Assembly (NCBI GenBank): GCA_016204695.1
Contig: JACQKD010000009.1
Coordinates: 11,710 to 75,709, forward strand
Direction: 5' to 3'
DNA length: 64,000 nucleotides
Source of the DNA: Candidatus Kaiserbacteria bacterium
Lineage (GTDB): Bacteria; Patescibacteriota; Minisyncoccia; Phycocordibacterales; UBA918
Both the position numbers and the translations under genes were made by a program. Below the pieces are notes generated by a model that saw only the letters and a list, made by a program, of their open reading frames with translations, did no database searches and was not told the DNA's origin. This document shows positions 9,969 to 19,518 of this stretch, piece by piece (position 1 is the first letter of the stretch; the number at the start of each line of letters is the position of its first letter).

Positions 9969-10616
9969 ATGGCAAGCAGTACGCCCGCAACCCAACAATT
10001 CGTTCCGCTCCGGGAGATCCGGGACGGTATCGTCGTTCTCAAAGACGGCGGTATGCGGGCGGTGCTCATGGCCTCGTCCGTAAACTTCGCGCTGAAATCG
10101 CAGGATGAACAGCACGCCATCCTCGCCCAGTTCCAGGCATTTCTCAATACACTCGACTTTTCCCTCCAGATATACGTCCAATCGCGCAAACTGAATATCC
10201 AACCCTATCTTGAGCTCCTGCGCAGTCGCGAAAAAGATCAGGACAACGACCTCATGCGGATACAACTGCGGGAATACATCGGATTCATCGAGAATTTCAC
10301 GAACGAAGTTGATATCATGACCAAGAGCTTCTTCGTCGTCGTGCCGTACACCGGCGGAGCGATACGCGTCAAAGGAGGTATCGGCGGCATGTTGAAGGGA
10401 AGTCTCTCTAAGGATGCGGCCGCCACACAGCGGCGTTTCGAGGAGGACCGCATGCAGATCGAACAGCGCATCGCGGTGGTCGAACAAGGACTCGCGCACG
10501 TCGGCGTCCGCACCGTACTTTTGGGAACAAACGAGCTCGTCGAGCTTTTCTACCATATTTTCAACCCGGGAGAGACCAATCAGGCATTACCGGTGTCGGA
10601 CACACGGACGAGGTGA
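9969..10616 (+). CDS. TraC/VirB4 N-terminal-like protein
   Basis: TQQFVPLREIRDGIVVLKDG..SSVNFALKSQDEQ..FLNTLDFSLQI; lies between PrgI and VirB4. Confidence 0.75.
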   Translation: MASSTPATQQFVPLREIRDGIVVLKDGGMRAVLMASSVNFALKSQDEQHAILAQFQAFLNTLDFSLQIYVQSRKLNIQPYLELLRSREKDQDNDLMRIQLREYIGFIENFTNEVDIMTKSFFVVVPYTGGAIRVKGGIGGMLKGSLSKDAAATQRRFEEDRMQIEQRIAVVEQGLAHVGVRTVLLGTNELVELFYHIFNPGETNQALPVSDTRTR

Positions 10617-10628
10617 TAAAGCAATGAT

Positions 10629-12449
10629 ATGAGTATTCTTGATTTTTTCAAACAAAAAACCAACAACGACTCTCTGCTCGCGAGCATCCTGCCGCAGGAT
10701 ATCGAGCGGGCAAGTCTGATGACGCTCGAAGATGTCATCGCGCCCGCGGCCGTCGGTATCACGCCGCAGGCACTTAACCTAAGCGGAAAGCTCGTGCGGA
10801 CATTTTTCGCGATTTCTTTTCCACGCTATCTCACCGATGGCTGGCTCGAAGCGGTGCTGAACCTTGAGAAAGTGTTCGACGTATCCATCGTTATTCACCC
10901 GATCGACACCGCCGAGGTCCTGAAAAAATTTCAAAAAAAGGTCGCCGAAGTGCAAAGCCAGATCAACGTCCGCGCCGAAAAGGGATTTGTGCGCGATCCA
11001 CAGCTCGATGCCGCCTACCGCAACCTCGAAGACCTGCGCGACAAGCTCCAGCAAGCCGAAGAGCGACTTTTTAACGTAGGTCTGTATCTCGCAATCTACG
11101 GAGACTCGGAGGATGAGATCGCAAAAACCCAGACCGAAATCAAGGCGATTCTTGACGCGCGTCTCGTATACCTGAAACCCGCACTCTTCCAGCACGTGCA
11201 GGGTTTTGCGAGCATCATGCCGATTCTTGACGACAAGCTCACGGTGCATACAAAACTCAATTCCTCCCCGCTCTCGAGTTTTTTCCCCTTCACCTCGTTC
11301 GACCTCACCGCGGACACCGGCATCCTCTACGGTATCAATCGCCACAACTCATCGCTTGTCCTCTTCGACCGCTTCTCGCTCGAAAACTACAACTCCGTGA
11401 CCTTCGCGACGTCCGGAAGCGGCAAATCCTACGCGGCAAAACTCGAAATTCTGCGTTCCCTGATGTTCGGCGCGGAGGTTATCGTGCTCGACCCCGAACG
11501 GGAATACGAATATCTCGCCGAAGCGACCGGCGGCCGCTTTTTCAACATTTCGTTGTCTTCCGCGCACCATATCAATCCCTTCGATCTGCCGAAACCCCAG
11601 CCGGACGAACAGCCGGCTGACATTCTGCGCTCGCACATCATCTCGCTCGTCGGCCTTTTCCGCCTCATGCTTTCGGGACTCACGCCGGAGGAAGACGCTA
11701 TCATCGACCGTGCGATCACCGAGACGTATGCGCTCAAGGATATCACCGGCCACAACGATTTCTCATCGCAAGAGCCGCCCCTGCTTTCCGATTTCGAAAT
11801 GGTGCTCTCCGGTATGGAAGGGAGTGAATCTCTTGTACAGCGCCTCGGCAAATATACGCGCGGCACGTGGTCGGGATTTCTCAACCAACCGACCAATGTC
11901 GATATCGGAGCGAAATTCATCGTGTTCTCCTTGCGCGATATGGAGGACGAGCTGAAAACCGTCGCGATGTACATCATCACGCACTTTATCTGGAGCGCGG
12001 TGCGGCGCGAGCTGAAGAAGCGGCTTCTCGTGATCGACGAGGCGTGGTGGATGATGCGCTCGGAGGATACCGCTTCCTTTCTCTACAGTGTTGCGAAGCG
12101 CGGCCGCAAATACTACCTCGGCCTTTCGACCATCACGCAGGATGTCGACGACTTCCTCCGGTCGCCCTACGGCGTGCCCATGCTGACAAACTCGTCGCTC
12201 CAGCTCCTAATGAAGCAATCGCCGACATCGATCGACCGCGTACAGGAGACATTCAATCTCACCGACGAAGAGAAATTCCTGCTCCTTGAGTCCGGGGTGG
12301 GGGAGGGCATCTTCTTTGCGGGCTTAAAACACGTCGCGATCAAGATCATCGCCTCGTACACCGAAGACCAGATCATCACCTCCGATCCATCGCAACTGCT
12401 CGCGATCAAGAAAGCTCGCGCGGAACTTAAAGAAGCGCAACAGCCATGA
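10629..12449 (+). CDS. virB4: VirB4-like type IV secretion ATPase
   Basis: Walker A ATSGSGKS, VLDPEREY, HINPFD, Walker B LVIDEAW, KRGRKY..TITQDVDDF. Confidence 0.9.
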   Translation: MSILDFFKQKTNNDSLLASILPQDIERASLMTLEDVIAPAAVGITPQALNLSGKLVRTFFAISFPRYLTDGWLEAVLNLEKVFDVSIVIHPIDTAEVLKKFQKKVAEVQSQINVRAEKGFVRDPQLDAAYRNLEDLRDKLQQAEERLFNVGLYLAIYGDSEDEIAKTQTEIKAILDARLVYLKPALFQHVQGFASIMPILDDKLTVHTKLNSSPLSSFFPFTSFDLTADTGILYGINRHNSSLVLFDRFSLENYNSVTFATSGSGKSYAAKLEILRSLMFGAEVIVLDPEREYEYLAEATGGRFFNISLSSAHHINPFDLPKPQPDEQPADILRSHIISLVGLFRLMLSGLTPEEDAIIDRAITETYALKDITGHNDFSSQEPPLLSDFEMVLSGMEGSESLVQRLGKYTRGTWSGFLNQPTNVDIGAKFIVFSLRDMEDELKTVAMYIITHFIWSAVRRELKKRLLVIDEAWWMMRSEDTASFLYSVAKRGRKYYLGLSTITQDVDDFLRSPYGVPMLTNSSLQLLMKQSPTSIDRVQETFNLTDEEKFLLLESGVGEGIFFAGLKHVAIKIIASYTEDQIITSDPSQLLAIKKARAELKEAQQP

Positions 12450-13039
12450 ACGATGAGTCAGATCAACGCATCAGCACACAAAAGGCGGTTTTCATGGTCA
12501 TAATTGCGTTACTGTTTGACCTCGTCCAACTTGGTACCGGCATTCTCGCCCTCTCCGGCGCAACTCTTGTCGTCGGAACCGGCGCAGTTGCTGGTGAAGC
12601 AGTTGCTGGTGAAGCCGGGGCCGCCGTTGGTACAACCGTCGCCACCATAGTGCTTTGGTTGCCTTTCCTTGGACAGATCGTTGGACTCACCGCTGTCATG
12701 GCGGGTGTCCTCGTCCAATACCTGTCCTCATACATACTGATGCCTCTCGGGTATGCGACTATGGGTCTGTGGTTTGTTGGTTCCAACATATCGCTCTTCG
12801 GAGGGAAAAGTCCCTCTGGTAAGGTCGCGACATTTTTTTTGGGTTTGCTTGGTGACTTCATTCCACTTCTGAACATCTTTCTTCCCGGTCTCACTGTTTG
12901 GACAATCACCATGATATGGCATGCCAGACGTGAGGATAAGGAGGAAGAAAAAGCCGCAGAGGTGGGCTACAATAACACAAAGAATTGGAGTCGTGTTAAA
13001 AAGACCTTGCGTAAATATGCCAGCCGTAAAAATTACTAG
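12446..13039 (+). CDS. Hydrophobic membrane protein with a Gly/Ala-rich segment
   Basis: Several TM segments; ATGA overlap with virB4; 15-nt tandem repeat encoding AVAGE-AVAGE. Confidence 0.7.
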   Translation: MNDESDQRISTQKAVFMVIIALLFDLVQLGTGILALSGATLVVGTGAVAGEAVAGEAGAAVGTTVATIVLWLPFLGQIVGLTAVMAGVLVQYLSSYILMPLGYATMGLWFVGSNISLFGGKSPSGKVATFFLGLLGDFIPLLNIFLPGLTVWTITMIWHARREDKEEEKAAEVGYNNTKNWSRVKKTLRKYASRKNY

Positions 13040-14018
13040 CGTATGCCCTCCGTCGAGACACGTTGTCGCGTTATGCGTTTTCCTGCTCCTTCTCATGCCA
13101 TACCCGACACAAGCCCAACTCCTGTCGACAGGCGCCACCACTCTCACGCTCACTCCCTCTTTCCCACAGCCGGGGAGAGAATTCAAGGTTCGCATTGACG
13201 CATACTCCTACGACATGACGCGAAGCCGTATTCTCTGGAGCATTGATGGGGCGGTAAAGAGCGAGTATGAAGGCGAGCGGGAGATTTCTCTTCCGGCTCC
13301 CGCGCTCGGCGTCCCCCTTTCGGTCGCCGTGAGCGTGACAGAGCCAAGCGGCGGTGTGCACACTGCCAAGAAAACCATCGTACCAAGCGCGCTTGATGTC
13401 GTCGTAGAAAGCGATACGCGGGTCCCATCCTTCTACAAGGGTCGAGCGCTCCCGAGTCCCGGTAGCCGGGTACGGCTCGTCGCCATGCCTTCTTTGTTTT
13501 CGTCAAACGGTACCCCGGCAGGGGCGGGAAATCTTCTCTATACATGGCGAATCAATAAGCAGGTCGCCAAATCCGGCATCGGTCAAAGGGCGCTTGCGAC
13601 CACGATGCCGAATAGCGGCTCACTCCTTGTCGAAGTCACCGCGGAGACAACCGACGGCAGTGCCCGGCATACGAGCGCCACGGAGATAGCCGCGACATCG
13701 CCGCATAATCTCTTCTACGAAGACAATCCTCTCTACGGCCTCTCGCATAACGCCCTGCCCAAGGATTTTACGTTGCTTGAAGACGAGATCACCGTCCGGG
13801 CGGAACCATATTTCGTATCGCCTGATATTTTCCGGAACGCCCGACATGAATGGACGATAGGCAACGCTCCCGTGCAGAATCCCAACGCCGATCCGCAGAC
13901 GCTTACCCTGCGCAAGACCGGCGAGACCGGCTCGGCAGAGGTTGGTTTCTCCATCCGCAACCTCTCGTCGCTCCTGCAGGCAGCCGCCGGCACCTTTACG
14001 GTACATTTTGAAAATTGA
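13017..14018 (+). CDS. Secreted beta-sandwich (Ig/PKD-like) repeat protein
   Basis: Signal peptide; three repeats with W-x-I-[DNG] (WSIDG, WRINK, WTIGN); start uncertain. Confidence 0.65.
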   Translation: MPAVKITSVCPPSRHVVALCVFLLLLMPYPTQAQLLSTGATTLTLTPSFPQPGREFKVRIDAYSYDMTRSRILWSIDGAVKSEYEGEREISLPAPALGVPLSVAVSVTEPSGGVHTAKKTIVPSALDVVVESDTRVPSFYKGRALPSPGSRVRLVAMPSLFSSNGTPAGAGNLLYTWRINKQVAKSGIGQRALATTMPNSGSLLVEVTAETTDGSARHTSATEIAATSPHNLFYEDNPLYGLSHNALPKDFTLLEDEITVRAEPYFVSPDIFRNARHEWTIGNAPVQNPNADPQTLTLRKTGETGSAEVGFSIRNLSSLLQAAAGTFTVHFEN

Positions 14019-14019
14019 T

Positions 14020-15141
14020 ATGCGAGTAATTCAACACAACATCGTTTCTCTAATCTTGGCGCTCACATGCACCGTGTTGCTGTCCTTCTGTTTATTATCC
14101 TATGCACAAGCGGAGACTGAAATAGAACCGAATGAAGGAGGCTCTCAAGGACCGGCAGTAGTGTGGAATTGTACCCTCAATAACAAGACATTCCCGACAG
14201 AGGGTGCTTGCTATGCTGATTGCAGTACCACAGTCGGAACACTCGGTACTTGTCTGGAGGTGACACCGGCATTCACTCCATTAGCCCCTCCTACCCCGGA
14301 ACCGGCACCAACAACAGATCCTTTGTTTGAACTCGGATACTGCGCCACAGCGGGCGGAGTATGTCCGAATACTACACGTTCGGCATGTCGTGGTACATTC
14401 TTCCCTGGAGATACAGAAACACAAGCAACGGCTTGCAGGGCACACGTTGCAAGCCTTCAGGAACCTCCTAAAAAACAAAAGCCCGTCGAGTTTGTGCCTC
14501 TTACCGGCTTACCCGGCCTTACTGATAACCAAAGCAGGAGCCTCGCCGATTACCTCAATATTCTCTTCCGGCTCTCGATCGGCCTCGGCGCGCTTGCCGG
14601 CGTAATAAAGATCACTATGGCCGGTATCAAATACATGTCATCGGATGCTTTTTCAAGTAAAGAAGAAGCCAAGAAGGACATCACCGGCGCACTGCTTGGT
14701 CTTTTGATCATGCTCTCGACCGTCGTTATTCTCCAATTTATCTACCCCGGTATTCTCAATCTCAGCGTGCTCCAACAACTGCCGCCGATAAAAACCGCCG
14801 CTCCTGAATCCGCAACATCCCAATTTGGGACGGGGAGTCAGGTGTCCGCCGAAGATCAGACCGCATTTACTCAAACACACCCGGGGAAGACTGTGTTAAA
14901 CACTCTGGAGTTACGCGAATGGGCACCGGGCCAAAACACATTCGAACGATACCAAGCAGACCAGGACACCATACAACGCTTCCGTAACTGGTGCCAAGAA
15001 AAACAAGGGGCAGTTGAACGAAAAGCGATTAGAGGTGCTTTGACAACCCCGTTTTTCGGTAGCCAGGGTGAGCAATGGTTCTGCCTTGGTAATGCACAAT
15101 CAACCCCAGCTGCGGCAGTATCAACCCCGCCCGATGAATAA
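14020..15141 (+). CDS. TrbC/VirB2-like pilin-domain protein with Cys-rich flanking domains
   Basis: Pilin-like hairpin YLNILFRLSIGLGALAGVIKITMAGIKYMSS..EAKKDITGALLGLLIML..IYPGILN; Cys-rich N-terminal region. Confidence 0.72.
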   Translation: MRVIQHNIVSLILALTCTVLLSFCLLSYAQAETEIEPNEGGSQGPAVVWNCTLNNKTFPTEGACYADCSTTVGTLGTCLEVTPAFTPLAPPTPEPAPTTDPLFELGYCATAGGVCPNTTRSACRGTFFPGDTETQATACRAHVASLQEPPKKQKPVEFVPLTGLPGLTDNQSRSLADYLNILFRLSIGLGALAGVIKITMAGIKYMSSDAFSSKEEAKKDITGALLGLLIMLSTVVILQFIYPGILNLSVLQQLPPIKTAAPESATSQFGTGSQVSAEDQTAFTQTHPGKTVLNTLELREWAPGQNTFERYQADQDTIQRFRNWCQEKQGAVERKAIRGALTTPFFGSQGEQWFCLGNAQSTPAAAVSTPPDE

Positions 15142-15147
15142 TATGCT

Positions 15148-16371
15148 ATGAAAAAAACTTGGATCATTGTCGGTATTGTCATATTCATCATCCTGCTTCT
15201 TGGGGGAGCGTGGTGGTATCTCCTTATGAACGGTCGGCCCGAAGGGTTTGCAATCCCCAACCCGTTTGGTGGTACCGATCCGGGGGCGTTTACTCCGCCG
15301 CCTGAAACGCCGGTTGAAGAGTTTTCGACGAGCACCGGGGCGTTGCGCAAGTTGAGCACAAACCCCGTCGCGGGAGCGATAGCGATTACCCGCGACGGTA
15401 AGACCTACGCCCGCTTTGTCGAGCGCGGCACCGGCCATGTCTATGAGGCTGATCCCGAGAACGGCACCACCGTACGACTCACCAATACCACCATACCCCG
15501 CGTTATAGAAGCCGTCTGGTCTCCCCAAGGATCACGAGCCGTCCTAAAGGCAGAAAGCGCGGATGGTGAGGCACGAGTATTCGTCGGCACGATCGAACGC
15601 GCGGACAACGGGGAAGGCACGCTGGTAACCGACGACTTGCCCGCTACAGCGAAAAATATCGCCTTTTCGCCGACCGGAGAGAGCGTCCTATATACGGTAC
15701 CGAGCGCCGACGGAAGCACGGGCTACGAACATAACCTCAAGACAGACACCCGCACCGTTCGCTTCACTTCTCCCCTGCAAGACATCGTTGCGGTATGGGA
15801 ACCGACCGTTGTTGTATATACCGCGCCAAGCGCCGACCTTCCCGGCTACGCATATGAAGGTCCCGCACAGAAACGGATCGCGGGCGGCATTCGCGGCCTG
15901 ACCATATTCCCAATGCCGACCCGACATATCATCTCGTATATGGAAGGCGATTCTTTTGTTTCCCGAGTAGACACACCCTCCGGTATGTCGCTCGGCATCC
16001 CGGTATTCCCCGAAAAGTGCGCCGCAGATCCCGGCCGGACGACGGTGCTCTGGTGCGCCGCTCCCGACACGCTTGCCCCTGGTCGCTACCCCGATGAGTG
16101 GTACGAGGGGAGCATGTCTTTTGAAGACAGTCTGTGGGGACTTGATCTGGAGGCGGGCAGTGCCATGCTCCGGAGCACACTGCGCGAAGAAGCGTCTGAA
16201 ATCATCGACGCGACCGGCATGTCGATAAGCGACAACGGGGCCCTCCTTACATTTATAAACAAGCGCAACGGTTCACTCTGGTCCTACACACTGGAGACCG
16301 TCAGTCCTTCTGTGCCGGAGAATCCCGATGGAGATGACGACGAACCACCATCTCCTGAAGAATTGCCGTGA
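15148..16371 (+). CDS. Membrane-anchored beta-propeller-like protein
   Basis: N-terminal TM, FVERGTGHVY, WSPQG/FSPTG repeats, PEKC..WCA, PDEWYEG. Confidence 0.68.
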   Translation: MKKTWIIVGIVIFIILLLGGAWWYLLMNGRPEGFAIPNPFGGTDPGAFTPPPETPVEEFSTSTGALRKLSTNPVAGAIAITRDGKTYARFVERGTGHVYEADPENGTTVRLTNTTIPRVIEAVWSPQGSRAVLKAESADGEARVFVGTIERADNGEGTLVTDDLPATAKNIAFSPTGESVLYTVPSADGSTGYEHNLKTDTRTVRFTSPLQDIVAVWEPTVVVYTAPSADLPGYAYEGPAQKRIAGGIRGLTIFPMPTRHIISYMEGDSFVSRVDTPSGMSLGIPVFPEKCAADPGRTTVLWCAAPDTLAPGRYPDEWYEGSMSFEDSLWGLDLEAGSAMLRSTLREEASEIIDATGMSISDNGALLTFINKRNGSLWSYTLETVSPSVPENPDGDDDEPPSPEELP

Positions 16372-17056
16372 TACTGCTGATGAGAAAATAGAGTGCGATC
16401 GTCGCCGAAAAGCGATAGGCGATGTAGCCGATCAACACCGGCATGATGTAGCGCATTTGCACCTGCATACTGCGAGCAAAGTCGTCTTTAAAGCTCTGCT
16501 CTTTGCCTTCCGCACGGGGAGGAAGGGGAGGAAGCGAAAGTTTGGTATGTACAAACTGCGCAAGACCCGCGAGTACCGCAAGCGGCCAGTTTTTTGCCGC
16601 GATGTTGATGAGGCCGATAAAAACCATTGTGACCGCATCCGGGAGCGGAATGAAGGAATAGAGAAGCGCCGTATTTATATCGGGAAACGGAATCCCTCCG
16701 CCGCGGGACACTGCAAAGTAGAGTGCAAAGATGAACGGGAGTTGGATGATCTGCAGGAGAAAACTGGCAAACGGATTGACGCCCGCAGTCCGATACAGAT
16801 CCATGGTCGCCTTGCCGCGTTGTTGGGCGTCGGTTTTGTATTTTTCGTTGATGACCGCGAGCTCCGGTTCGAGTGTGCGCATCGCGTACTGGGTTTTTGC
16901 GGCACGCAGGGAGAGGGGAAGGAGGACGAGCTTGATGAGAACTGTGAGGACGATAATGGCAACGCCCAGGTCCCCACCGGGGACGTGGTTGAGTATGAAA
17001 ATAAGAAGATTGTAGATCGGGTCAAAAAAAAGGGCGTGCCAGACTGTTGAAAACAT
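16301..17056 (-). CDS. yidC: Membrane protein insertase YidC (short form)
   Basis: GVAIIVLTVLIKLVLLPL, GVNPFAS..QLPFIFALY; conserved position after rnpA. Confidence 0.94.
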   Translation of the reverse strand: MFSTVWHALFFDPIYNLLIFILNHVPGGDLGVAIIVLTVLIKLVLLPLSLRAAKTQYAMRTLEPELAVINEKYKTDAQQRGKATMDLYRTAGVNPFASFLLQIIQLPFIFALYFAVSRGGGIPFPDINTALLYSFIPLPDAVTMVFIGLINIAAKNWPLAVLAGLAQFVHTKLSLPPLPPRAEGKEQSFKDDFARSMQVQMRYIMPVLIGYIAYRFSATIALYFLISSITAILQEMVVRRHLHRDSPAQKD

Positions 17057-17140
17057 ACTAGGTGACTTGTTTCAATGATTGAGTAACAACACGGCAACCG
17101 TCCCCAGATACATGGTTGATTCGAGACGAGTGTTCGTATT

Positions 17141-17476
17141 TTAGCGTGGATGACGGCTAACTCCAACCGTGCTTGCGAGGGCAGTTTTGATCTCCGTCTC
17201 CAACCGCTCGTACGTATACGAAGCGGCGGGAGGTTTTGCCACAAGGATGATATGCGCGTTTCGCGGCTTCAGTGCGGAAAGCGCCGCGTACATCCTGCGC
17301 CGCAGGAGATTGCGTCCCACGGCCGTTTTAGACACTTTCTTTCCAACGATCGCCGCCGCCTTGAACACGGCGGCCGGCATATGGACCGAAAAGAGACCCG
17401 GCATATGGGTCCGCCGGCCGCGCGCGTACGCCACAGTAAACGACGCCCTATCAAGCCGTTGTTTTTTTGCCACCAT
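17141..17476 (-). CDS. rnpA: RNase P protein component
   Basis: KKVSKTAVGRNLLRRR motif; between rpmH and yidC; start trimmed to MVAKKQRL. Confidence 0.9.
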   Translation of the reverse strand: MVAKKQRLDRASFTVAYARGRRTHMPGLFSVHMPAAVFKAAAIVGKKVSKTAVGRNLLRRRMYAALSALKPRNAHIILVAKPPAASYTYERLETEIKTALASTVGVSRHPR

Positions 17477-17508
17477 AAAAGACGGTCGCGCGGTCGGCGG
17501 ACCCATGC

Positions 17509-17646
17509 TTACACCGCAAGCTTCGTCCGACCCTTTCTGCGGCGCGCGCGCAGTACGCGACGCCCCGACGGCGTACCGCTCCGGACAAGATAGCCGTGTG
17601 TGGTCGCCCGCTTCTTTTTCTTTGGCTGGTAGGTTCTCTTTGACAT
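17509..17646 (-). CDS. rpmH: 50S ribosomal protein L34
   Basis: Hand translation [45 protein letters not shown]; divergent from dnaA. Confidence 0.96.
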   Translation of the reverse strand: MSKRTYQPKKKKRATTHGYLVRSGTPSGRRVLRARRRKGRTKLAV

Positions 17647-17683
17647 TACTATGAAGGTACACTATTCGGATACTTTTTTCAAA

Positions 17684-17718
17684 CCCTGTTAGAAGCGGAG
17701 CACTCGCTTCTAACAGGG
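17684..17718. repeat. Palindrome in the rpmH-dnaA intergenic region
   Basis: CCCTGTTAGAAGCG-gagcact-CGCTTCTAACAGGG, 14-bp perfect arms. Confidence 0.85.
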
Positions 17719-17734
17719 CACACTGCTTGTTTTT

Positions 17735-17766
17735 GTATCCACACCGTTTTCAACAGCATATGCACA
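17735..17766 (+). promoter_or_regulatory. Degenerate DnaA boxes upstream of dnaA
   Basis: GTATCCACA (17735), TTTTCAACA (17747), ATATGCACA (17758) versus TTATNCACA; TATAAT at 17834. Confidence 0.6.
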
Positions 17767-17855
17767 GAGCGCACGCACATACCTGTAGATGAGCCGTGAA
17801 TGCGATCGATTGTACGACAACAACACAAGAGCGTATAATACGTCTGAATCTTCAC

Positions 17856-19235
17856 ATGAGCACCTCAATCCACAGTACCGTTGTCGCAGTCGGTGTGCAG
17901 CCGCTCACTGCGAAACAACTGTGGGACGACGCACTTGTAAATATCGAGCTCTCCATCACGCCGGCCAATTTCAAGACATGGTTTAAAGACACACACATTG
18001 TCTCGGTGGAGTCCGGTACGGCGACCGTGGGCGTGCCGAGTGTGTTCGTCAAAGACTGGCTCGCCGACAAATTCAACGGTCTTATTCTCAAAACGCTCCG
18101 CGAGCTTTCCACCCACATACGAAGTGTTGAATACGCGGTGGTTCCTCGCAATGACCGACGAACCGAGAAAGTCGAGCACTCGGCGTTCAATCCGGCCTTA
18201 CCGCTCGAAGAATACTATATAAACAAAAGCGACAATCTCAATCCGCGATATGTTTTTGACACATTCGTCGTTGGCCCATTCAACGCGCTCGCCCACACCG
18301 CCGCGAAAACGGTCGCCGAGAAGCCCGGCATCGCGTATAACCCCCTCTTTGTCTACGGCAAGACCGGCCACGGGAAGACACATCTTATTCAGGCGGTCGG
18401 CAACCACCTCAAGCGCACCGGACGCAAGGTCTTTTATGCCACAAGCGAGCGTTTTACCGTCGACTACTTCAATGCGCTTCAAAACGGCACCGCAAATTCC
18501 TTCAAGGATAAGTATCGCCAATACGACGCATTGATGATGGATGATGTGCAGTTTCTTGCAAACAAGGAGAAAACACAGGAAGAACTCTTTCATCTCTTCA
18601 ACGCCTTCCACGACAACAACAAGCAGATCGTGTTCTCAAGCGATGTGCCGCCGCACCTGCTTCCACATATGGAAGACCGGCTCCGTTCGCGTTTCAGCCA
18701 GGGTATGATTGTTGACATTCCGCCCCCCGATCCGGAATCGCGCGGCGCCATCCTCAAGGCGAAAGCCGCACAAAACGGCATCACACTCGACGAAGCGGTC
18801 GTCAATCACCTCTCACAAACCATAGAAGGAAACATCCGTGAGCTCGAAGGAGCGCTCAACACCATCCTTTGCCAATCCCAGCTTCTCGGCCGCACACTCT
18901 CGCTCGATGAGGTCAAACAACTTATCAAAAACAGTATGCGGCCGCGCAAGTCGCTCGCGGTATCCGAAATCGTCGACAAAGTCGCCCGATTCTACGACAT
19001 TGAAAGCGCAAGTATATACGAAAAAACCCGGCGTAAGGAGATCATCAAGCCCCGCCAACTCATCATGTATATCCTGCGGGAAGATTTCCACGTCTCATAT
19101 CCGGCAATCGGTCAGAAACTCGGCGGCCGCGACCACACCACCGTCATTCACTCCTGTGAAAAGATTAAAACAAACCTTAGGTCGGACTCCTCTCTCGAGG
19201 ACGAACTTGGGCAGATCCGGGCCATTTTAAAGTAG
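17856..19235 (+). CDS. dnaA: Chromosomal replication initiator DnaA
   Basis: LNPRYVFDTFVVG, YNPLFVYGKTGHGKTHL, DDVQFL, RLRSRF, GGRDHTTVIH. Confidence 0.98.
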   Translation: MSTSIHSTVVAVGVQPLTAKQLWDDALVNIELSITPANFKTWFKDTHIVSVESGTATVGVPSVFVKDWLADKFNGLILKTLRELSTHIRSVEYAVVPRNDRRTEKVEHSAFNPALPLEEYYINKSDNLNPRYVFDTFVVGPFNALAHTAAKTVAEKPGIAYNPLFVYGKTGHGKTHLIQAVGNHLKRTGRKVFYATSERFTVDYFNALQNGTANSFKDKYRQYDALMMDDVQFLANKEKTQEELFHLFNAFHDNNKQIVFSSDVPPHLLPHMEDRLRSRFSQGMIVDIPPPDPESRGAILKAKAAQNGITLDEAVVNHLSQTIEGNIRELEGALNTILCQSQLLGRTLSLDEVKQLIKNSMRPRKSLAVSEIVDKVARFYDIESASIYEKTRRKEIIKPRQLIMYILREDFHVSYPAIGQKLGGRDHTTVIHSCEKIKTNLRSDSSLEDELGQIRAILK

Positions 19236-19518
19236 ATAACCCCACAAACTCGTATAGGATTCCCATCAAAGAAACCACTGCATATCCCGTGGAAATCTGC
19301 TATGCTGGCAGTGGAAACCGAACATCAAAAGTTCACAACAAAACCCTCTCTCCTGTGTCCGTGCGACTAATCCACAAGAAGCGCAACGGAATACACACAC
19401 CTGTCCTCACCCACACACATCGAGAAATGACTAGTGTTGGGGCGAACAATCGCCTATACACACTATCCACACCCCTAATAATAAAAAGATTTTTTAGAAG
19501 AAAATAAATAACACAGGT
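19236..19518. other. Replication origin (oriC) candidate
   Basis: dnaA-dnaN spacer with DnaA-box-like TAATCCACA (19368), tandem CTATACACA/CTATCCACA (19454-19471), then CCCC and an AT-rich tract. Confidence 0.78.

Noticed and set aside
4124-16371. Integrative conjugative element
   Set aside because: No relaxase, coupling protein, integrase, tRNA target or flanking direct repeats; the cluster is continuous with housekeeping genes.
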